A stretch of 64,000 nucleotides of DNA, from positions 6,642 to 70,641 of the forward strand of contig CAJFCJ010000054.1 of the NCBI GenBank assembly GCA_904063045.1, read 5' to 3'. Source of the DNA: Dimorphilus gyrociliatus. Taxonomy: Eukaryota > Animalia > Annelida. How positions within the stretch are numbered: position 1 is the stretch's first letter; every line of letters begins with the position of its first letter. The translations under genes and the position numbers were made by a program. Below, in pieces: positions 46,290-56,817 of this stretch. The notes beneath the pieces were generated by a model that was not told the DNA's origin, searched no databases, and saw nothing but the letters and a program-made list of their open reading frames with translations.

Positions 46290-46590
46290 CGTCCATTGAT
46301 CGGAAGAGTTTTGACTTAAAAAAATCTTTTACATATGTCCCATATTGGCTTCAATAATGTTGAAGTCTGGGCAGTTGGGTGGCCATGGATGCAATGTTTC
46401 AACTTTCTTTTTCTTTATTTTGCTCTGGCTGCTGTATCCCTCTATAATAATTTGCAACAACATACTTGCTCAATATCTTGTTATAGTCTGATGCTGTCAT
46501 GTGATTAGACGCTAAAGCCAACTCTATCTCAAAATTTAATATAGCCAAAAATCATGATACTCCCTCCTCCAAAATTTCACTGTTTTTTGT
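46290..46590 (-). mobile_element. Degenerate Tc1 fragment related to 27951-28298
   Basis: GGGSIMIFG and VETLHPWPPNCPDFNIIE. Confidence 0.6.
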
Positions 46591-47036
46591 TACTCACCTC
46601 CTCAATGGTCGCGGCTGTAGTCAGTTTAAGTTTTTAGGGAGCGACAGGTGAGATTTTCCTCACAATCTCATTTTGTTCAAAAATTATTCATTGATTTTCA
46701 GTTTTAGCCACGTAGTAAAAGGAGAAAACTAGTTTTTTCTTTATTTTTTCATTAATAAACACTCATTGTTGTCAAAATAATACTGAGAGTCGTTTAAATT
46801 GATAAAATCGTCATATTACTTTTTAATGATTAGCAGTTTGTCTACAGTTCTCATGCTTTGTAGTTAATAATTAAAATATAATTAACTACTAATCAGCGAC
46901 TATATTGATATATCATTATTTTAAAATTTGTATTCATTGAGATCAATACACGATCTTCTTGTATAAAAAAGAAGAAAGAATTAAATCAAACTTGTTTTAA
47001 AAAATTGTTTTAATCCTCTCTCTCTCTCTGGAAAGT

Positions 47037-50000
47037 ATGATAAATTTAACAAATCTAACAATTATCACGGCTATAAGCGTTTTATTTAGCCAAGGAAACG
47101 CAGGTTTCTTGAAGAATTTCTTTTTTTATTAAATTAATTCTATTCAATAAATTTATAAAATTTTTCTTTCAGAAAATCAACATTGTTTAAGTAATGAAAA
47201 TTGTTTACAGTTTGAAATCTGTGCATTTGGCAAATGCATTTGTAATTTACAATATGGACAAGATTTCTGCGATAATAGTAAGATTAAAATATTTTTGCTT
47301 GGAGAAAATATGGATTTTAAAGGTATTCCTAAGATCAGGGAAAGTAGGGTTAAAAGCTAAAATTTTTTGTCCACATTTTCTCCAACATTCAAACATTTTT
47401 TAACAAAAAAAAAAAATCTGAAAAATCTTTGTATTTAATAAAAAGGTAAGAATTTAATTTTAAAAAGAATGAAATTTGTAAATAAAGTTAGTAATACTAC
47501 TATTTCTGTTAAATCAATTGACGAATGCTACAAAATCTGTTTAAACACTACTCAATACGACTGTGTTGGAATTTCTTATACGAAAGGAAATAATACAAAT
47601 GTTAATTTTCAATGTCAAATATTTAGTGAAATTTCTTTTCCATTAATTGAAAGTGAAAATTCTTCATTAATTATTCGAAAAGGTAAAAACCAAAATCAGT
47701 AAAAGAAGACAAGGAGGGACAACGCTGTCCTTCTTTGTTATCGTGAATAGCGATTTTATTTGAAAAACAACGATCTATACAGACAAACAACTAGGTGTTT
47801 GCGGCTCTAATTCTAGTATAGTACCACCAATGGAAGAATGCTATTCATATTTATGGATTGAAAGTGGTTGCTTTACAGAAGAATTTAGGCCTACTGAACT
47901 GGAAGAATCGATGACTATTTCTCAGTTTAGCATTTACGTTAAAGATGTTTTTAAATTATCTATGAAAAAACACCAAATAAATTCAAATACGAAGAATTAT
48001 AGATTAATCTGCTACAAGAATCTTTATGATAGAACGAACATAGCTTTTAATAGAAAAGTTACGTATTCTGGAAAATTGGATAGTCCATTACTAGATCCAA
48101 TCCACATTGTGGATGGTTTATATCACAACGACATTTCTTTAGGATCTTGTTCAATATTGACAATGTTTAATTCAACTAAACCAAAACTATCAATTGAATT
48201 GAGTGAATATCACGAAGAGATAAAAATTGTTTTGTGGCCGACAAACGAAGAAAGTAAACTAAAAACAAAAACAAAAAAATTATCTTTTTCCTTATTAATT
48301 CCTTTTTGTTTTTCGTTTAGTAAATCAAACATTTATTGTTTATATATCCGAACCGAATAATTTATGCTCCAATAACGTCGAATTAGAAATGAATTCAACA
48401 GCCAAAGTCTTTTGTAGTAATTTAAAAGAAAACGGAAGTGAAATAATAATTGAAGTAAAATTTAACGATAACCTTCACCTTTGCGAAGTGGAAATATTTT
48501 CAGGTGAATAAATTAAATATAATTTATATAAATATTAAAAATTCAATTAAATCTACTTTTTTTTTTACAGTAAATTTAGCTTTTAAAAAACCAGTTTTAT
48601 CCAAATTAGCAAAAAAGAATCTATATAATTTAACAAATGGCCTAATTAGTAATTATGTATTATTTCACCTTGGAATTGATTATTGGCTAGCAATTAATCT
48701 TTTAGCTTACTTTAAAGTTTTTGGTTTAGACGTTAAACCCAGTTTAACTTTTTTAAATTCATTTAAAAATTTTTACATTGAATTAACCAATGAAAATCCT
48801 GCTTTGGCCTATGACGTAATCAATTATCAATTTTGCGGAAGAAAGAATAATAGTCTATTAACTACTGATGAATATTATACAATTTTATGCTCTAAAGGTG
48901 GTGTAGAAGGTCAATTTGTCGTCTTTCGTAGTAATCGTAGTAATTACGCAAGTATTACATTTAAAGAAATTGAAATATTTGGATATTTTTTAAGATTTCC
49001 CTATCAACAAAATACGAATATCCTCTTAAATAAACCGGTATGGTCCTCTTCCATCTTTAAACACAAACACGCAGGTTCCAGACTAACGAATGGAAATTTC
49101 AATGATTTATTCCATAGCAAAGGAGAAATATATCCTTGGATCAGAGTAGATTTACTTGGAATGTATGTAATTCAAAAAATGTCTGTTACAAACAGAAATG
49201 GATATTGTAAGTGTTGAATTTTGTTTTTTCAATATGATAAATGAAATATGTTTAAGAAATATTCTCTTTCATAGACGCATTTAGAGCGAGAAACGTAACG
49301 GGAATCGTATCGAATTATTCAGAATTTTCAATTGAAAATCAACATTTATTTTCTCAAATTTGCTTTAGTAATAATGGATTATTTGATCAAGGAGAATATA
49401 AAATGTGGATATGTCAACAACCATTTCCTATTGGTAGATTTGCTATACTATATCTTTACGATAATGATAATCCTATACATTTGCATATTATTGAATTTGA
49501 AGCCTATGGCGAAGAAATAGTTAATCATAATTTTACACTTTTATCACTAGTTAAAAGTGACAGAAATGTTAATATTACCAATATTTTTGACAGCAGCAAT
49601 GGTGGAAAAGATGAATTTCCTTTAAAAATTATTGACAATTTAGCTTCAAATATTATTTTAGAAAGTGAATTTTTGTCTTGTAGCGGAACTTTAACGAATG
49701 GAAATTTTGAGGGAAGAATCAGTATTTATTTGAATAATTTTCATATGATTCATCAAATTGCTCTTCTTTTTCCACTTTTATCCGATGAAGGTATTGAAAA
49801 TATTGTCCAGTATATACTATATATATATTTCTATATTTCTTTATTTATTCATTTCAAAAAGATGAAAACCAAAAAAATTCTCAAAATATAGAAACTACAG
49901 TTGAAATACTTTCAACTGAAATACAAAGACAAATTTGTAATTTAACAAACAAGCCAAGTTTTGAATATTTCTTTTATAACTGTAAATTTATTGGTAATAG

Positions 50001-50862
50001 AATATCATTTTATAAAATTGACGAAAATAAAAATCCTATTCAAATTTGTCAAGTTTATATTTTTGGTGAAAAAATATCTTCTAACTTACAAAGTTTGTCA
50101 TTTTCTTTTTATTAATAAATTATTTTTCAATTCTTTTATTTATTAATAAAAGATTCAGGTAGAATTTTGAATGGAACAATTGGTTATTCGACGAAAATTT
50201 ACAGATTTACCATAACTCTTTTTGCGGTTATACTACTCAAGATTATTATGTACAATTACCAGTTTATAATCAATTCAACGCAATTGGATTTTCTTTAAGA
50301 AAAACAGCAAATTTTTCATTAGGTTTACAAATTTTTGGAGTAAAATATAGCGAAGAAATACTTTGTACAAAATTGTATAAAATTCTTAAAGTTATTCAAC
50401 CAACATTCTTTACATTTCCTTGTAATGAAGAAATTATTGCAAAATATTTGAGAATTTATTCATCGAATCAAGAATACGAAATTTGTAATTATTACGTAAT
50501 CAGTAAAATAGAAATAAACACCAATTTGACAGGTAAAAAAACTTTTAATTTGGTAATAATTGATTGAGTTTGAAAAATATTTCCATTTCAAAGTTTATAA
50601 TATGTTGAAAAATGAAAATACATCCATCAAACCAGAATATACCTACGCCGTAAAGGAAACAGTTGACTTTTTATCTTGTTATTTATCTTGCCTAAATGAA
50701 AATGAATGCGAAAGTATAAACTACTCAACAATTGATAAAAGTTGTAAATTTAGTAAATTTGCAATTCTATCAAATTTACGAGGTTATTTGTTAGAAAATA
50801 CTTGCAAAAAGTCTTGTGTTACACTATATAAAGTGGATAATTGTGAATTTGAACTTTGTTGA
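47037..50862 (+). CDS. Secreted mosaic lectin: signal, Cys-rich/EGF-like, PAN, several F-type lectin (F5/8C) domains, PAN; multi-exon
   Basis: Signal exon 47037-47103; PAN SIDECYKIC..CVGISY; FTL-like NIAFNRKV, VNLAFKKPV, NILLNKPV. After splicing 49207-49274, one domain has H-x26-R-x-G-x4-R. C-terminal PAN SCYLSCLNENECESINY. Confidence 0.8.
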
Positions 50863-51836
50863 ATAAAGGGCGGTGACGATGTAAAATGTTTGAAATCATC
50901 AACGTCAATCCGAAGATTTGTGTTCCGTAAACCTCAAATTCTTTGTCGCGAAATGTAATCTACTTTTAACTAGATATTTATTAACAAAATTACGTAATAA
51001 ATGTATGGATTTTCGCAATTTTTCCAATCGTTACACATTACAGTTAGTTGTGCAAGACTTACTGTTTTCTTATCGTTGCTATAGCTACGCCCTCAATAAT
51101 AATTCAATAAACTATTTAAAAGCCAGACTGAAACAAAAGTACAAGATAGTTATTGCAATGTTAGTTTTGTATTACTGAATTATTTTTTCAGGTTGAATTG
51201 AAAATGGTTTGGAGCGAAAGCGAACCAAGTTGCTTTAAGTATTTTATTGTAAAATTCTTTATTGCAGAAATTCACTTTGCACCTTAGCAACTGCAAAAAC
51301 TATGTATATAAATGACTGGTTTCACTAGTATGTTCAGTGAGAGAACATTGTCAAGACACTGACTGTCTGCGTTAATTGGCAGATGTCGTCAATATGGTGG
51401 ATTGGAAATGGATCACTGGTTTAAACAAAGACTAACAGTTATCAGATTGATTGCTTACTTCTTTTTACTGCATGTTTTAATCATGGAGTAAAACTGGGTT
51501 TATTTCTTTTTCAAAAGATTCACATCTTTTCAATTTGTTTTTAAACCTCGGTTGATGAATTGTTCTACTTCGAAAGCAGCTCTGCAATCGAGCTATAAAG
51601 CACACAAAAGGGCAGAAGTAGAATTTTTCAGAGACCACATCATTTTGCGATTTAACTCTACTGTGACTTGGCAATTAGTAGTTTTAAACAGCATATGATT
51701 GCGGTCTATGAATCTTATCTTCTAATTCATTGCGAAGTATGCAAAAAGTCTGTCTATAACTTCAATTTGTTTGAATCATGGCTATACTTCTGGTCTACCA
51801 GTTTCATTGAGAGAACTTGCATTAAATCAATTTGGG

Positions 51837-52043
51837 GGAGTTGACAGAAAATGTCCACAAATGAAAAATTTCAAGACAAAAATTTGGATTGAGAAATGGT
51901 TAGGCAAAAGAAAACAGCAACTGATTTGTATTTAGGAGGGTCTCCTTTAAGGGTTAAGGGTAATGGAAAAGGTTAGCTACAGCTAAGGGCTGGGTTAGGC
52001 TTAGGGTAAAAGTACTGATTTGTGGATGTTTTCTGTCGCATCC
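51837..52043 (+). mobile_element. Mutator-type MITE with TTAGGG motifs, copy 3
   Basis: Same TIRs; 8/9 TSD CAATTTGGG / CAATTTGAG. Confidence 0.88.
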
Positions 52044-52409
52044 CAATTTGAGCTATATTGTAAATATGAAAATTACAGGCCTACAAATAGAATTTATTTA
52101 TGAATGCGTAATTTCTAGTATAGATTAAAAATAAACAGGTTGTGTATAATGGAGTATATTAATACAGCAAATGTTAATTGGTGTACTGGTATGATGGAAC
52201 AACAAAAAATTCATAATAATAATAAAGGTTATTTGATGCGATAGAAAAAGGCTCCCTGTTATATCACACATACTGTATAAAATATAATCATTAGATTAGG
52301 GCCACATGCCAAACATGTGCCACTGCAAACAGGCCTGCCTCATCAGCATCTGGTATTTGATATGTATCTTTTCCATGTTCTTTGTTCCTTTGTTAATTCC
52401 CAAGTAGAC

Positions 52410-52635
52410 AATGTCTCTTACAGTTAAAGAGTCTATTTCTTACGAAATAGAGTTCTTTCTAAAGTACTGAAAGCTAACAATATGAATTAAAAGTTTTTCT
52501 AAAGTTCCACTATTATAATTGCTATGAAATAGAAGTATTTCTATAGTTGCACCATTGTAATTCCTATAAAATAGAAGTCTTTCTAATGTTGCCTTATATC
52601 TAAAGTCTAAGTATTCGTTCACTCATTATTTCTAA
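52410..52635 (-). mobile_element. 5' part of LTR family B with internal ~36-bp tandem units
   Basis: Reverse complement of 20460-20640. Confidence 0.6.
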
Positions 52636-52669
52636 GTGCACAGTGAAAAAAATTTTAGTGTAACAAAAA

Positions 52670-53157
52670 ATATGGGAAGAGGTGGAGTAATGATTTGGGG
52701 ACCAATAACCTCAGATGGGGTGTTTGAGGTTTGGAGGATTAGTCAAAACTTGGCAGCCCAAACATATAGCTGATTTGTTGTGGAAAATGTTCTTCCTGTC
52801 ACTGAAGAGATATCACTCAAAATGGGCCGGAATTATGCCTTCCAACAAGACAACTCAGGCTGCCACACTGCAAGAGCTAATAGGAGGGCCTTTAGAATGA
52901 ATGGTATAAATCCAATTGATTGGCCAGCAAAGAGCCCTGACCTTAGCCCAATAGAAAATATGTGGCACCTGACAAAGAATTTAGTGTATGATGGGGCACA
53001 ATTTCAATCTGGGAATGAACTGTGGGAGAAAATTAAAAAATGTTCATAACAGGTTATAAGACAAAGTCCTGACTTGCTACAAAAATTATATACAGGGATG
53101 GGGGGTAGGATTAGTAAATGCATTGAAAATGAGGGTTGTCATATTCAGAAATATTAA
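52670..53157 (+). mobile_element. Tc1/Tc3-like transposase fragment (DD34E)
   Basis: GGVMIWG, FQQDNSGCH, WPAKSPDLSPIEN; in-frame stops. Confidence 0.85.
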
Positions 53158-54068
53158 AATTATAAATCCCCCAAACATTGTCAGAGTAATAATGTCTCAA
53201 GACCAAATAAGAAAAAAATCATTAAAAAATCAATAATAAGAAAGCAAAAGCACTTATGTAAAAACTTAACTAAATGATATTTAAAAGAAACTCATGTGTA
53301 ACTCTTCTTGCCTGAATGACTGACATATCATACACAAATAATGATTTCCAGATGATGGCAACAGATAAGGTTAAAGCCATATTTCCTCAACTAGGGAATA
53401 ATATATGACATAGATGCATATGTCATAGATTCACTATCCACAATACCAAGACAGTCTGTAAATTATATACAGCCCACTAGTGAATACTGGACTTTCCCTC
53501 TCCCCTTCAAACACAATCCAAACACATTAGAGAATAATTATGAGATGACAAAGAGCTGGATTCCAGGCCTTTCATTCAGAGCCTATTTACAATGATGAGT
53601 TTGAAATTGGAATTAAATAATCCATATTAAACTGAAGTGCATTCCTCTCTTAAATGAAAATAGGAAGAGATTTTAATTTTGTAAAATTGCCTAAATAAGA
53701 AAAATAGCTAGGATCAATAATATTTCTAAAAATTGCGTACATTGTTGATGGCATTTGAAGAATTTTTATATACTTTATTCAATTATATATTAAAAAGAAC
53801 ATTTTATTATATAGTTTTCTTACTAAGGTGATAAAAAACAAATTAATGTTGCCAGTCTCTTTCAAAAGTGCAAGATAGGCTAATGAATGTGAATAGGACA
53901 GGTTGTTTATTGAGAATTCTCTTCAATTATATCTAAAAAGTACTAAAAACTTTTATGATTTTCATAACCAACCCTAAAATAATCTAAAGGCTTTGCATGA
54001 CTATATAAATGGTTGATTTTAAAATAGAACTCAACAAATAGGGCTAGAGGAGTGAATATTTTAAAAAA

Positions 54069-54674
54069 ATGCAGAAATTTCTTTTAGTTTTACTAAATAT
54101 AATTCTACTGCAAACTTCATTGCAAACCCTTTTGCTGAATGAAATAAATTATGAACAAGATTATATAGAGATTAAGAATGTTGGATCAAGTGCTGTAGAT
54201 TTAACTCCAATTTATCTTTCTGTCATAGTTCTTAAAGGTGGTACACCTACAATGCATAATCCTTCTGGATTACATGGTTCCATACAACCAAACGACTTTC
54301 ACGTAATTCAATTTGACCCTGTTAGAAATAAAAGAGCTGTTCAATTAACACTAGATTATTTCTATCTTCCAACAGGTGGCCCAAGAGCAGTACTATCCAG
54401 AAATAAAATTGAAATATTTCTGAGAAAAAATCTTACAAATCTAAAAGTAATAATTTCAAAAGAAGACAACTACTTGACAGGTCATTATCTAAATATCAAA
54501 TTCAACAATTTCAACATTTTGACAAGCGTCTATGGAGGACTAATTGGAGATATTGGAAGAAAAAATGTTAATGTTATTCCATCTGCTCAGAGTCATACTA
54601 GTGCTATTTTTCAAATTAATGGAAAGTATGTTGAAGCAATAAAGCCCAGCAACCAGGCTTTATCCATCTACTAA
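54069..54674 (+). CDS. Intronless secreted protein with a lamin-tail-like (LTD) N-terminal domain
   Basis: Signal peptide followed by LLLNEINYEQDYIEIKNVGSSAVDL; TATATAAA at 54002. Confidence 0.65.
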   Translation: MQKFLLVLLNIILLQTSLQTLLLNEINYEQDYIEIKNVGSSAVDLTPIYLSVIVLKGGTPTMHNPSGLHGSIQPNDFHVIQFDPVRNKRAVQLTLDYFYLPTGGPRAVLSRNKIEIFLRKNLTNLKVIISKEDNYLTGHYLNIKFNNFNILTSVYGGLIGDIGRKNVNVIPSAQSHTSAIFQINGKYVEAIKPSNQALSIY

Positions 54675-54861
54675 TAAATTATTAACATAAAAAGAATTTA
54701 GATGTTTAGTTTCAGAGTTTTATTGAATAAGAAGGAAAAAAAAAACAAAATGCTTTTAAAGGCAATTATCCCATTGCATACATAAATTATCACTTATTCT
54801 TTGACTTCTCTGTCTAGATTAGTAAAATATAAAAGAATTGGTGCAGAGATAAGAAAAACAG

Positions 54862-55782
54862 ATGAATTCTTCAAATATTGGCTATAAAGTTTTGTATGAT
54901 GTAACCAAATTTCAGAGTGTTGCATTAAAATTACTTTTATATCTGGAATTAATCTTTGGATTCTTTCTATCATCTCTAATTTTATTGCTGTTTATTATAT
55001 CGAAATCTGCTAGAGAATCTTTTGGATATTTCATCTTTCCGCTATCTTTAAATAACCTCCTTTTAGTTTTATGGTTTTTCTTCATCAATGTTAGCACAGA
55101 TAGTGGATTTGTGATTGAATTATCTCCAATAATGTGTTCAGTAATATTAATTGTACCCAGTTTAATGAATACTCAATCTCAGTTCAATTTTTTGGGTTTA
55201 CTTTCAACTAGATATTTATTAATAAATTATCCTTTTAAATATAATCAATATTGTAATATAAAAGTAAAATTGTTTTCCTTGATACTCGTAAATCTTTCAT
55301 CAATTTTCCTCTCGTTAATTCCAATATTTTCAGATTTATCAGATCCTCTGATTTGTTTTAATTTTGTTTCAAAGCAAGGTGTAGTATTTTATATATATTT
55401 TGTACTTTCTTTTGGACCAATTCTGGCAAGTTTATTATTATATTTTCTAATTTTAAAAGTGGCTAGAAGACATGCAAAATTAATGAATACTCAAATGAAA
55501 CAATCTCAATCAATATCTAAATCATCAAAAATTACAGTATTCCAGCTATTGTTTGTTGTAATTCTATGGATATGTTATCTTATTCTTTTAAAAAAATTTT
55601 CATCCAATCTGCTTAGCATCAGTTACAAAATATCTCTTATTTTGGAAATAATTTTGTTAATGGCACCTGGAATTATATCATTTATACTTTTGATCAGTAA
55701 TGTTCATGTTAAAGTCCTGTCAAAGAAATATTTGAATTGCAATGGCCAGATATTTCCTTCAGAAAATAACTCTATCGCTTGA
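54862..55782 (+). CDS. Intronless divergent rhodopsin-like 7TM receptor (306 aa)
   Basis: Seven hydrophobic segments; TM3 STRYLLINYPFKY (DRY-like); C in ECL2; basic ICL3; no NPxxY. Confidence 0.8.
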   Translation: MNSSNIGYKVLYDVTKFQSVALKLLLYLELIFGFFLSSLILLLFIISKSARESFGYFIFPLSLNNLLLVLWFFFINVSTDSGFVIELSPIMCSVILIVPSLMNTQSQFNFLGLLSTRYLLINYPFKYNQYCNIKVKLFSLILVNLSSIFLSLIPIFSDLSDPLICFNFVSKQGVVFYIYFVLSFGPILASLLLYFLILKVARRHAKLMNTQMKQSQSISKSSKITVFQLLFVVILWICYLILLKKFSSNLLSISYKISLILEIILLMAPGIISFILLISNVHVKVLSKKYLNCNGQIFPSENNSIA

Positions 55783-56438
55783 ACTGTTTTTGTTTTTCTC
55801 AATAGACTGAAGCTATTAGTAATCGTCAAAAAACTCATAATATTCTATGTTTTGTTTAGAGTCCTTCTAATGATTATCTCTCTAAATTGATGAATGTCAT
55901 CTTGACTATGCTATGAATGTATGAATGTATGAATGTCTGTCAGACATCTCCCAAAATAGCACCCTGAAAATATTTTACAGGCTTCCTCCTACGTCGGGCA
56001 CGTTTGATCTTGTTGTATTGGGACAATATACCAGATGTGAGGTCGGGAGTGTTGAAAAAAGTATATAAAGTGCTTAATAAATGTGTTGATTTTGGCAATT
56101 TTTGCAATCGTTACACATTACAGTTAGTTGTACAAGACTACTGTTTTCTTATCATTGCTATAGCTACACTCCTCAATAATAGTTTAATGAACTAGTTAAA
56201 AGACAGACTGGAAGGTTCTATTTATGTGAGTACTTTGGTAAGTTTACAATTTCAATTCTTAGTCATTGATTTTGCTTCCAATTTCATCAAAATCAGCCTA
56301 GTAATATAATTCATTCTAATGGAACTGATGTAAATATTTTCTATTGTAAATGGAATAGTTCTAAACATCAATTTTGGGGTATTTTTCCTTTGACTGTTTC
56401 CCACAAACAATTGGGACCCTTGAAGTGTGAGAATTCTG

Positions 56439-56660
56439 TTCAAACAAACCCTTTACAAACCCAAGCCCAATCTTAAAAGTAAATATAAGAATGAAAATAT
56501 AAGTAGGTTTTTTCTAGTTTCGTTCTTCTATTTAATCTAGACAACTTGGATTGAAAAAGTTACTGTTTACAAAGAAACCATTTACAAACGCAACGTAAGA
56601 ATGAAAGTATAAGTAGCTATTTTCTAGTTTCGTTTTTCTATTTAATCTAGACAACTTGGA
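56439..56660 (+). repeat. Diverged tandem duplication (~110-130 bp x2) in the NLR copy-2 upstream region
   Basis: AAGAATGAAA.TATAAGTAG...TTTAATCTAGACAACTTGGAT occurs twice; single in copy 1 (36730-36840). Confidence 0.75.
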
Positions 56661-56817
56661 TAAGACTGAAAGCACATAGGCGCTTCTTTTCACTTAGCAA
56701 ATAAACACAATTTGTTGTCAATGGTTGGCTTTTTTTATTTAGGCCATTCATAGCTTTTTCTTTCACATGTTTTCACAGGGAAAAGAGAAAGCAAAAAGCT
56801 AGCAGAGAAAAAAAACC

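Noticed and set aside
47703-47745. GC-richer imperfect hairpin in a lectin-gene intron as an ncRNA
   Set aside because: Short, imperfect stem with no recognisable RNA family motifs.
51477-51674. 65-aa ORF
   Set aside because: No motif or splice context supports it.
52290-52375. Ulp1-protease-like remnant (YQIPDADEAGLFAVAH, minus strand)
   Set aside because: Too short, and the catalytic Cys is absent; cannot be distinguished from chance.
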